A stretch of 64,000 bases of DNA, from the NCBI GenBank assembly GCA_951406725.2, contig OX597822.1, positions 82,150,001 to 82,214,000 on the forward strand. Direction: 5' to 3'. The position numbers were made by a program, and so were the translations under genes. This document shows, piece after piece, positions 11,960 through 22,203 of the stretch. Numbering within the stretch: the stretch's first letter is position 1; each line of letters begins with the position of its first letter. The notes beneath the pieces were generated by a model. It made no database searches. It saw nothing but the letters and a program-made list of their open reading frames with translations, and had not been told where the DNA came from. The DNA comes from Octopus vulgaris. Lineage: Eukaryota.

Positions 11960-13280
11960 GGGGCCTGTAGGTAAAATAGACCCCTTTTCATGTGGGCAAG
12001 GCCTAAAAATCTCCCTTTTACAATTAAGGTATAGAGAATTTTTTTTATATATAGATCTCTCTTCTCAGCTAAACATAACCTGTACTTTCTGCTGCTACTA
12101 AAACAAGCCTTGCACTTTTCCAAGATTTCCCACTTTATGTTGTACTCCATTGTGCTATGCTTTAATGACCATATGTGTCTGGCCAGGGCTGTGCCATTTT
12201 GTTTCTCTGGGATATTGAAAGAGGACTCGTGATTATTGAATCTGATTGAATCTGGTAGTGAAACATGGGCTGTGACTGCTGAGGATATGCGTAAGCTCGC
12301 AAGAAATGAAGCCAGTATGCTCCGATGGATGTGTAATGTCAGTGTTCATAATCGACAGAGTGTAAGTACCTTGAGAGAAAAGTTGGACCTAAGAAGCATC
12401 AGTTGTGGTGTGCAAGAGAGACGTCTGCGCTGGTATGGGCATGTGACAAGAATGGGTGAAGATAGTTGTGTGCAAAAATGCCACACTCTAGCAGTTGAGG
12501 GAACCTGTGGAAGAGGTAGACACAGGAAAACCTGGGACGAAGTGGTGAAGCACGACCTTCGAACTTTAGGTCTCACCAAGGAAATGACTAGAGACCGAGA
12601 CCTATGGAAGTATGCTGTGCGTGAGAAGACCCGGCAAGACCAGTGAGAACAGTCAAAATCAAACCAAACCAAATCAGATATCAGAAAGCAGAACCAAAAT
12701 TGAGGCCGATCAACATCAGTGGAAATTGCAGCTGTGGTTAAGCGAACCATCTGATCGTTTGTCCATTGCCAGCCTCGCCTGGCCCCCGTGCCGTTGGCAC
12801 GTAAAAACACCATCCGTTCGTGGCCGTTTGCCAGCTCTGTCTGGCACCTGTGCAGGTGGCACGTAAAAAGCACCCACTACACTCACGGAGTGGTTGGCGT
12901 TAGGAAGAGCATCCAGCCATAGAAACACTGCCAAATCTGACTGGGCCTGATGAAGCCTTCCGGCTTCACAGACCCCAGTTAAACCGTCCAACCCATGCTA
13001 GCATGGAAAACGGACGCTAAACGATGATGATGATGATGATGATGATGATTCCAAAGTGACTATCTGTTGCTCTCACATCATTTGGGCCTTTTGATTTTAA
13101 CTGTGCCTCATATATGACTGTATCTGTGTTACAACAGCTGATAAGGGGATATGTAGTGTTACCTTTACATGAAACTCCTGCCTCTGTCTCAAGTGTAGGC
13201 CAACCTACTAATGTCTTTTTACACAAGATGCACAGCAAAAAGAAACTCTTAAGGTGTGCCTATTAAAAAAATTTACAGAA
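11960..13280 (-). pseudogene. Penelope-like element remnant (linker plus GIY-YIG endonuclease), split by an RTE insertion
   Basis: Minus strand (frameshifted): KFFNRHTLRVSFCC..SCKGNTTYPLISCCNTDTVIYEAQL..ATDSHFG | IRFNNHESSFN..TALARHIWSLK..YNIKWEILEKCK..RLCLAEK..CPHE. The frame is continuous across the RTE insertion at about 12248-13050. Confidence 0.75.
12253..13048 (+). mobile_element. RTE LINE 3' fragment (subfamily related to 17875-22449)
   Basis: ORF GSETWAVTAEDMRKLARNEASMLRWMC...RLRWYGHV...DRDLWKYAV is highly similar to the C-terminus of 19084-22203; RTE 3' UTR and (GAT)n tail follow. Confidence 0.9.
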
Positions 13281-13381
13281 CCCTCTCTCATGTTTATCAA
13301 TGATTTTCTTCTTCAATTCTATTGTATCAGCTTTTACTTTGTCTCAGCACTGTCCTTTGCACTAACCTTCTTAGGACCCAT
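13281..13381 (-). mobile_element. Tigger/pogo transposase N-terminal fragment
   Basis: Minus strand ATG GGT CCT AAG AAG = MGPKKVSAKDSAET.. then (frameshift) ..TIELKKKIIDKHERG, typical of the Tigger CENP-B-type HTH start. Confidence 0.6.
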
Positions 13382-14268
13382 GGCTAACACAATTATTATA
13401 AAATAGTTAAAAAAACATACAAAACTAAAAAAAACACTGGGGAAAACACAACAGGGATGCTGCCACAATGAGATAAACATGTGAACTGAGTATGTTGGTT
13501 TGTTTACATCCCCATAACAGCAGTTCAGTAAAAGAGACCAACAGACTAAAAAGTACCAGATTCACAAATAAATGCTCAGGTTTTCCTTCAAGGTAGTGCC
13601 CCAACATGGTCACTCCAATGATTGAAACAAGATAAAAAATAGTATAAACTCTTTAATGACCCTGGGGCAAAAAGCCCCCAAAATAGCACACGACAAGAAA
13701 GAATTTTGCAGGCCATTTTTTTTTTTTACTACAAATTGCTGATTCCACCAAAAATGGCAAATGTGAATAATTTGCCTCGTCAGAATTTATTACTGATGAA
13801 AGATAAGTCTTCATAGATTCATCTGTGGTTGGTAAGTTTTGTATCTCAGAAAGCACAGAACTATGTGTTACGCTTGGTGTGATGTGAAAATGTCAAAAAC
13901 CTTTAACAAGCAGACAGTGTTCAGTTGAGAATCATCCAACATAGAATGAAGGCTGAAGTCATTAACTGGAATGAAAATATGTGCCAACAGGGAAACCTCA
14001 AAACACGCACGCACACACACACAAATCTGTCTGTGTGTGTGTATATGTGAAGATGTTAATTCATTCTGACTTTATTCAAGACTTCTTCCTCACTCAATGA
14101 AATCACTGAGGCAACAGCATATTTATTGCCGCCTCAATGATTGCATCAAGTGAGTTAGTTTAGGTAGCAATGGAGTGAATCATTAACTTTAAACAAATAT
14201 ATATATTCTCTCACTCTCTCCCTCTATATATATAACATCCACTTTCCATGCTGGCATGAGTTGGACCA

Positions 14269-14329
<61 letters not shown>

Positions 14330-14497
14330 TGTACATGCACTCACTGTATTGCATGCACTGAATATTTATTGTCTCATTTGTTAAACTCTAAAAAGCCCAA
14401 AGGATGTGTACATACATTTATGTATGCATATATCAAATCATCATCATCTAATGCCCATTTTCCATGCTGGTATAGGTTGGAGTATTTATATAAACAT

Positions 14498-14530
<33 letters not shown>

Positions 14531-14623
14531 ATGTCAATGTCCCAAGGAACATTGACACAAACTTACATAAATAATTTATATTCTGCTCATTCTCAAGTAA
14601 TAAGTACTTTTAGCATATGTACG

Positions 14624-14662
<39 letters not shown>

Positions 14663-14704
14663 CACACACACACGCACACCCGTACGTGTGTGTATGTGTG
14701 TGTG

Positions 14705-14742
<38 letters not shown>

Positions 14743-15207
14743 TACACACAGATATGTATGGTGTAGTTTGTCACCTCCGTTAATCCTGTAAAATTCATTC
14801 AAGAGATAAGGCACTCACAACCACTTAGTATCAGTAAATGTCAACACACAATGGATGATATTTTTTCCATCTCCTGCCTTTTGGAAAGGAGGGGGGGTAG
14901 GACGATGCATTACAGGCACATCCAGGTCCTAACAACCAACCAAAGAAGGATTTCTATATGCTTGCATGACCTTTTAGAAATATTAACCTAGATCTCCCTC
15001 AAATCACATCTTACTGTAAGGAACGAGATTTTGGACCCCCCACCTAACCCCATGCACTAATGCACTCAACCAATTTCCCCCTTCCTCCCTCCCACATGAC
15101 CACCACTACTAACAATAATGCTGTGCCAACAAAAGAGCTGTTATGCAGTGACTCGACCTGCTAGAAATAGTAGTCAAATATCCCTCAAATCAAGAAAGGA
15201 TACATTT

Positions 15208-15387
15208 TGGGGGAGACTAAGTATATAACATTGACCTCAGTGCGTAACTGGTACTTATTTTATTGACCCCCAAAAGGATGAAAGGCAAAGATGACCTCAG
15301 CAGAATTTGAACTCAGAACATAAAGCTAGATGAAATACCGCTAACCATTTGCACAGTATGCTAACAGTTCTGCCAGCTCACCGCCTT
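15208..15387 (-). mobile_element. SINE family B
   Basis: aaaggatgaaaggcaaagatgacctcagcagaatttgaactc...ctgccagctcaccgcc. Confidence 0.75.
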
Positions 15388-15730
15388 ACATGGTCCTAGA
15401 TACTTCCCTAAAAAGATGAGATGGCCACAGTTTTGTGACTAAATGATAACAAAACAAGAAATTCAACAAGGAAACATCGACACACACTTGATCTGCTAGA
15501 AAAGGCAGGTAAATCTTCCTCAAATCACATTCCGCTAACTTAAAAAAAAGGGAAGTGCACATTCCCTAATCTGCTCCAAGTTCCACAAAAATTCATCATC
15601 ATCATCATCATTGTATTAATGTTCTCTCTGCATAGATTAAACAGATTTTATAGGGGCAGATTCCATACAGCTGGATGCCCTTCCTGTCACCAATCGATGC
15701 CTGTTTCCAATCAAAGTATTATTTTCCCAT

Positions 15731-16174
15731 TCGTTCAGTTCTCATTGTGCCTTGTGGCACTCGAGGTGACACCAAGATCATTCCACCTTCTAACACCAAA
15801 AGCATTCTAGACAGCTTGTCCCATTGTTAACCCTCTGCTTTTAAGATCTTTTGTTATTGTTCTCCACTACATTTCCTTTGGTCGACCACATTTTCTTTTA
15901 CCTTGTGGGACCCATTGCGAAGCAATCCTGACAACCGAGTTTGGTTTATAATGACAAACTTAACCCAGCCATTTCCATCTCCTTGTTTCAATAGTTTCTC
16001 TTATTGGTTTCACGTTAGCCTTAATATGTAGTTGGCTATTCGAGATCATATTCGGCCAGTAGATCTTCAAAATTTTTTGTAAACATTTATTTTGAAACCC
16101 CTCCAATTTCTTTTCAATACTTTCGGTTGTTTTCCAACATTTGGAGCCAAAGAGGAGGATGCTAAGTATGTTGT
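15731..16174 (-). mobile_element. RTE-clade LINE 3' fragment (different family) with a 12-bp TSD
   Basis: LSILLFGSKCW..KLEGFQNKCLQKILKIYWPNMISN..RRWKWLG..QGKRKCGRPK. Direct repeat ttattttcccat at 15719-15730 and 16175-16186. Confidence 0.8.
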
Positions 16175-16714
16175 TTATTTTCCCATGGTCAGACATATTT
16201 ACACAGATTATTAGAAATGAATTTGGCATTAGGAAGGGCATCCAACTGTAGAAATTATGACAAAACAGGCTATGGAACCATGATGGCTTCTATCAAACTG
16301 TCCAACCCATGCCAGCATGGAAAACGGGCGTTAAGTGATGATGATGATGAATTACAGTATTTATATGACACTCACCCTCATTTGCAACTAACATGCAATT
16401 TGAAGACAAGGAAACACACACACACACACACACACTTAAAAATCTTTTGACCATCGGTCTATCAGCTTGATAAGACTTACCAGAGACTAAATACCAACAA
16501 AAACAACAAGCCAATGTGGGGACCCTCTATTTGGTTGCTTGACTGGTTAGAAATAGCAGACAAGTCAACCTCAAACTAGACATCAGTCAAGAACAGTGTG
16601 ATCATAACTGAAATAGCCATTGGTTCTAAGTTTGCTTGAATATATCAGGGCTGAACTGTGGCTAAACAGTAATACCGGCAACAAACATCATTATCAACAT
16701 AACATTATTATTTG

Positions 16715-16872
16715 TACATTATTTACATTATTTACATAATTTTACATTTGACGGATATTTGTCCTCGTCTTGTTTGTTGTTAACACATTTCGTCTGATAT
16801 ACCTTCCAGCCTTCATCAGGTGTCTTCGGGAAATTTTGAACCTGGGTTCTCATTTCTAAGGTATTTTTTTTA

Positions 16873-16905
<33 letters not shown>

Positions 16906-16978
16906 AGTCACTGCCTGGAATCGAACTTGAAATCTTGAGGTTAGTAGCCTGCACTCTTAACCACTACACCATATGCCT
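16715..16978 (-). mobile_element. tRNA-head + (AAT)n + hammerhead SINE, copy 1 (full head)
   Basis: Minus strand: A box TGGTGTAGTGG (16971-16961), anticodon-like arm GGCTACTAACC, B box AAGTTCGATTCC, then (AAT)n, then gacac-CTGATGA-A-GGCTG..CAGAC-GAAAT-gtgtt (16824-16782) and an (AATGTAAAT)n end. Confidence 0.8.
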
Positions 16979-17040
16979 GTGTATTATTATTTGTGTACTA
17001 CTAATACTATCATTATTATTATTATTATCATTATTATTAT

Positions 17041-17243
17041 GGTGGTGAGCCAGCAGAATTGTTAGCATGTTTAGTAGCATTTCTTCCAGTTTTACATTCT
17101 GAGAGCAAATTCCACCAAGTTTGAATTTGCCTTTCATCCATTCAGGGTCAACAAAATAAATGCTAGCCAAGCGCTGGGGTCAATCTAATCAACTAAGCCT
17201 ACTCCTCCAAAATGTCAGCCCTTGTGCCTACAGTGGAAGGGAT
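17041..17243 (+). mobile_element. SINE family B
   Basis: ggtggtgagccagcagaattgttagc...tttgcctttcatcc. Confidence 0.75.
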
Positions 17244-17618
17244 TATTTATTTTTGTAGAATTTTGGCTGAGGTTCCGTGATTTATCTGTTGATCTGCTGT
17301 TAGGGTCGTCTGCATAAGAAACATTTAAGAGTGAGGTGGAAAACAGAGAAAGATGGGGAATAAGTGAAAGAGGAAAAAGAGAAATAAATACACACATACA
17401 CACACACACACACACAGTGATCTGCTTGCCTAGCCAGCAGGGTGGTATCATTCAAAAGCTAAAATGATGCAAAGTACATAATAACAAGTGATGTATAACA
17501 ACATCTGATAGTCTGGTTGATCATCTGATATATATATAACAAATTAGAGTTGTAAGATATCACACGAGTGGAAATATATATGAAAGAAGATTTGAAAATG
17601 CAATTTAAAAGATGTTTA

Positions 17619-17667
17619 TTCACTTGACCGGTTTCACTTTTTTTAGAAAAAGATTGTCAAAAGTAAA
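17619..17667 (-). ncRNA. Minimal type-I hammerhead motif with U3:A8 core variant
   Basis: Minus strand: tttactt-TTGACAA-T-CTTTTT-ctaa-AAAAAG-T-GAAAC-CG-GTC-aagtgaa. 7-bp stem I, palindromic ACCGGT stem III, GUC triplet. Confidence 0.6.
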
Positions 17668-17823
17668 ATGTAAAGCTTCGTATGAGCTTTGTTGTGTTAA
17701 GTACTGGTTGTCACAAAAGTATTAAAATACATATATACATTCTTTGATAATAATAAGAAAATGTTAAAAACAGTTTACAAGAAAGTATTTAAGAAAATAT
17801 TCAACAAAAAAGTATTGGGAGTT

Positions 17824-17877
<54 letters not shown>

Positions 17878-18350
17878 ACGAAATTTAACCTTAGGCTACC
17901 TCAAGCCTTAATCCCATCTTTCCCCATCTTTCCGCCATCGGCGGTCTTTCCTCCTCTTCTTCTTCTTATGCTAAAACTTGAAAATCGCCATTACCATTAC
18001 GATTCTACAATTTAAATTCCCAATTCAACTTACTTTCTTCTTCAATTTCAACTCCCGGTCGATGCCCACAGCAAGTTTTTAAAAATTTATCTTACTATTT
18101 TTATTTTTCCATACATAGCGCGACATACATTCATTCGTTGTTACTACGTTTATTCATACATTGATAACTTGATTCGTCTTACCCATCTCTCTCACTACGA
18201 AAATTTAACCTTTTAGGCTACTTTCAAGCCTTCGCCATAACTTGATTTATCTTTCCTATCTCTCTCTCTACGAAATTTAACCTTAGGCTACCTCAAGCCT
18301 TAATCCCATCTTTCCCCATCTTTCCGCCATCGGCGGTGCGCCCGCCCCCC

Positions 18351-18490
18351 CACCCCCACCACCAATACCGATGAACACTGTTCTCACCCCCACCACCAAT
18401 ACCGATGAACACTGTTCTCACCCCCACCACCAATACCGGTGAACACTGTTCTCACCCCCACCACCAATACCGGTGAACCCTGTTCTCACC
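18351..18490 (+). repeat. 34-bp tandem repeat x4 in the LINE 5' UTR
   Basis: cacccccaccaccaataccg(a/g)tgaacactgttct starting at 18351, 18385, 18419 and 18453. Confidence 0.95.
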
Positions 18491-19083
18491 ATCTACACCG
18501 GATACGCCCTCCTCCCTCCTCCTCCCCCCACTACCCCTTCTCCTCATATGCTTTCACTGTGAAAAGACAAGCTGCTAGCGCCATAGCTCATCAACTGCCC
18601 ACCGATCTTACGCTTCCTCCTGACACTGCCTCAATCCGACCATCCCCTTTTAGTACCCTCCCGCCTCGTAATATCCTACGTTTTTATTTCTTACGAACCT
18701 ACACCAACCCTTCCTGCCATCGTTCCTCCTTACCCCAACCTTCCCCACTGGTTGCTCCCCTATATTACCCGCACCCTCTACTATCTCTCCCTCTCTTTCA
18801 CTGGTGAAACCTTTCTCAACTGGACCCCCCTCCCCAACTCAACTCTAGAATATCTGTATTTCTTTCCTCTACCTAATTACGTTACTCAGTGACGATAACA
18901 AATGTCCACTGCTAACACCAGCTCCTGCCCACGGCGTGGTCAGGTTGGAAGAGAGATCAAAAGAAAAATACCACGAAAACTATCACCACCACAACAACCC
19001 TCCTCTTCTCAGGCGCCGAATCCCCCCGTCCCCCCCACATCTCCTTCCCAGTTTTCAGAGTTGGCACTATCAATGTTGGTACA

Positions 19084-22000
19084 TTGACAGGCAAGTCTAG
19101 TGAGATTGTAGAGATGCTAGAGAGAAGACAGGTTGATGTATGCTGCATACAAGAGGTAAGATGGAGAGATGCTTCGGCTAGGGTCCTCACGGGCAAGGCA
19201 CTTAGGTACAAACTCTACTGGCAAGGTAACGCGGAAGGTGTAGGGGGTGTAGGCATTCTCCTTGTGGAGGAATGGGTGGATAAGGTCATAGAGGTTGTCA
19301 GGGTTTGTGATAGAGTGCTTAAGCTCAGGTTGGTCCTACAGAGTGGCACAGCTATGATTATCTCAGCCTATGCCCCACAAGCGGGACTACCAAATGATCA
19401 GAAGGACAACTTTTATGATACCCTTCTGCAGGCTACTTCAAAGACTAGTAACAAGGACCTCATCTTTGTAGGTGGAGATTTTAATGGGCATGTTGGGCGG
19501 GAATCGGGTATCTTCACTGGGGTACATGGTGGCTATGGTATTGGCACCAGAAATGATGAGGGAACTAGACTGCTGGAATTCTGTGATGCATGTAACCTTT
19601 CAATCTGCAACACTAACTTCAAGAAGCCAGTCTGCCACCTTATAACTTATCAGTCAGGAGACTCCGCTAGCCAAATAGACTTCATCCTCACCAGACAACG
19701 GGATGCAGGGTTGCTCTTGAATACAAAGACCCTCCCGGGTGAAGAATGTATCCCTCAGCATAGACTAATCATCAATGACTTTAAGCTTGAGGCCAGAAGG
19801 ACTCCAAGAAACAAACCAATCCAGAAAAGAAGGATTTGGAGGCTAAAGAACCCTTCGCATGGTCAGAAATTTAGGGACATACTCATCAAGAAATTTGATG
19901 AGAGGGAGGAGGAGCTTCAGACGTCAGACATAGAAGGTAGCTGGGAATTCCTACGGGACAGCTTGCTGAGTGCCACAGACCAAGTCTGTGGATGGTGCAA
20001 AGTCCCTTCCAGACCTAGAATTACGTGGTGGTGGAATAGTGCAGTAGATAAAGCCATCTGTGAAAAGAGACGGGCCTGGAAAGCCTGGAAGGATGGGGGC
20101 AGCAGGGAACTGTACCAGATAGCCAAAAGGGAGGCTGGGCGGCAGGTATACATTGCCAAAGATGTAGCAGAAAAGAAGAAGTTTGCCAATGTCCAGCGTC
20201 GCGAGGATCAAAGAGCTGAAGTATTTCGGATTGCCAGACAGTGTGTCAGAGAAAATAGCGATGTTATAGGAGAGAAATGTGTCCGCATGGATGATGGGGC
20301 ACTTGCTTTTACTACTAGTGAAAAGAAAGAGGCTTGGAGAAGCCATTATGAAAGACTGCTGAATGAGGAGAATGAATGGGAGGAGGAGAGCCTGCCAAAT
20401 GTTGACCCAGTAGAGGGACCAGCTACCCGAATAGACAGCTCCCTTGTAGATAAGGCAATTAAGGATATGAAACCAGGCAAAGCCCCTGGCCTATCAGGAA
20501 TCACTGCTGAGATGCTTAAAACAGCTGGCTATGTGGGCTATGCCATAGTCACCCGCATTGTAAACCAGGTAGTTCACAATGGAGTCATACCCAATGACTG
20601 GTGCAGCAGCACCATAGTCAACTGCTACAAGGGTAAGGGTGATGCTCTAGATAGAAATAACTACAGAGGTATCAAACTGTTGGACCAGGTGATGAAGGTC
20701 TCAGAGAAGGTCATAACCAATCTCATTAGGGAGAGAATTTGTTTAGATGAAATGCAGTTCGGTTTTGTACCAGGTAGAAGCACCACTGATGCTATATTCC
20801 TGGTCCGACAACTGCAGGAGAAGTACCTAGCTAAAGATAAACCCCTCTACATAGCTTTTGTAGACTTGGAGAAAGCCTTTGACAGGGTTCCCCGTTCCCT
20901 TATCTGGTGGTCGATGCGGAAACTGGAGATTGAAGAATGGCTAATAAGGGCTGTACAGGCTCTATACAGAGAGGCTGTCAGCAAGGTTAGGATTGGCAAC
21001 GAATATAGTGAAGAATTCCGGGTAGAAGTAGGTGTGCACCAGGGCTCAGCCCTCAGTCCCCTTTTATTCATCATAGTCCTTCAGGCAATAACAGAGGAAT
21101 TCAAAACGGGATGCCCCTGGGAGCTCCTCTATGCCGATGACCTAGCTCTCATAGCAGAATCACTACCGGAACTAGAAGAGAAATTTCGGGTGTGGAAGCA
21201 AGGGTTGGAATCAAAGGGCCTTAGAATAAATGTAGCAAAGACCAAAGTATTAGTAAGCAGCAAGAGGTACTCAGCACACACACCCTCAGGTAGGTGGCCC
21301 TGCTCAACCTGTAGGAAAGGTACAGGTAGAAACTCCATAAGATGCACCCAATGTAAGTTATGGACACATAAGAGGTGCAGCAACATTAAAGGGAAATTAA
21401 CAGATAAGATAGCTTTCATGTGCGGCAGATGCACAGGGACAATAGACACAACAGACACTCAGAAAACAGATTCCATCACACTCCAGGGAGAGAAACTAGA
21501 AGTAGTTGATAGTTTCCGCTACCTGGGAGACCAAGATAGTAGCGGAGGTGGATGCACAGAGAGTATCACCACTAGAATACGAATAGCCTGGGCAAAGTTC
21601 AGAAAGCTCCTACCCCTACTGGCAACAAAAGGTCTCTCCCTCAGAGCGAAAGGTAGATTGTATGATGCATGTGTGCGAACTGCCATGCTTCACGGTAATG
21701 AAACATGGGCTGTGACTGCAGAAGACATGCGTAGACTTGAAAGAAATGAAGCTAGCATGATCCGCTGGATGTGTAGTGTCAGTGTGCACGCAAGACAGAG
21801 TGTAAGCATCCTGAGAGAAATGCTGGATATAAGAAGCATCAGATGTGGTGTGCAAGAGCGACGCTTGCGATGGTATGGTCATGTGCTGCGGATGGATGAA
21901 GAGAGATGTGTGAAGAAGTGCCACTCCCAAACAGTTGAAGGTATCAGGGGGAGAGGTAGACCCAGGAAGACATGGGATGAGGTAGTCAAGCATGACCTCA

Positions 22001-22203
22001 GAGCATTGGGCCTCACTGAGGCAATGGCGAAGGACCGAGATCTCTGGAGATATGCTGTGACTACAAAGACCCGGGCTGCTTTCTGCAGCAATTCCACATA
22101 CCCCCTACCCATTCTAAGTACCCCGGATCCCCAAAGTACCCTGGATCCTCAAAGTACCCCGATCCCCAAAGTACCCCGGACCTCGTTGCCCCCGTGCCGC
22201 TGA
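19084..22203 (+). CDS. RTE LINE ORF: APE endonuclease + reverse transcriptase + PHD-type zinc finger
   Basis: APE motifs IQEVRW, GDFNGHVG and SQIDFIL; RT motifs NYRGIKLL, QFGF, FVDLEKAFDRV, HQGS.LSP, LLYADD and FRYLG. The frame is open upstream through FRVGTINVGTL (19054), so the true start is probably ATG 18902 across a 1-nt frameshift. Confidence 0.93.
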   Translation: MTGKSSEIVEMLERRQVDVCCIQEVRWRDASARVLTGKALRYKLYWQGNAEGVGGVGILLVEEWVDKVIEVVRVCDRVLKLRLVLQSGTAMIISAYAPQAGLPNDQKDNFYDTLLQATSKTSNKDLIFVGGDFNGHVGRESGIFTGVHGGYGIGTRNDEGTRLLEFCDACNLSICNTNFKKPVCHLITYQSGDSASQIDFILTRQRDAGLLLNTKTLPGEECIPQHRLIINDFKLEARRTPRNKPIQKRRIWRLKNPSHGQKFRDILIKKFDEREEELQTSDIEGSWEFLRDSLLSATDQVCGWCKVPSRPRITWWWNSAVDKAICEKRRAWKAWKDGGSRELYQIAKREAGRQVYIAKDVAEKKKFANVQRREDQRAEVFRIARQCVRENSDVIGEKCVRMDDGALAFTTSEKKEAWRSHYERLLNEENEWEEESLPNVDPVEGPATRIDSSLVDKAIKDMKPGKAPGLSGITAEMLKTAGYVGYAIVTRIVNQVVHNGVIPNDWCSSTIVNCYKGKGDALDRNNYRGIKLLDQVMKVSEKVITNLIRERICLDEMQFGFVPGRSTTDAIFLVRQLQEKYLAKDKPLYIAFVDLEKAFDRVPRSLIWWSMRKLEIEEWLIRAVQALYREAVSKVRIGNEYSEEFRVEVGVHQGSALSPLLFIIVLQAITEEFKTGCPWELLYADDLALIAESLPELEEKFRVWKQGLESKGLRINVAKTKVLVSSKRYSAHTPSGRWPCSTCRKGTGRNSIRCTQCKLWTHKRCSNIKGKLTDKIAFMCGRCTGTIDTTDTQKTDSITLQGEKLEVVDSFRYLGDQDSSGGGCTESITTRIRIAWAKFRKLLPLLATKGLSLRAKGRLYDACVRTAMLHGNETWAVTAEDMRRLERNEASMIRWMCSVSVHARQSVSILREMLDIRSIRCGVQERRLRWYGHVLRMDEERCVKKCHSQTVEGIRGRGRPRKTWDEVVKHDLRALGLTEAMAKDRDLWRYAVTTKTRAAFCSNSTYPLPILSTPDPQSTLDPQSTPIPKVPRTSLPPCR

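Noticed and set aside
12947-12970. CTGATGA followed by a small hairpin in the RTE 3' UTR
   Set aside because: Other copies read ctggtgcag here and there is no GAAA or stem III; this is a chance mutation.
16907-16978. Possible tRNA gene
   Set aside because: A and B boxes and an anticodon-like arm are present, but there is no convincing acceptor stem or cloverleaf and it is part of a repeated composite element, so it is treated as a SINE head.
18351-18490. 34-bp repeats of CRISPR-like length
   Set aside because: The units are directly tandem with no spacers, lie inside a eukaryotic LINE UTR, and there are no cas genes.
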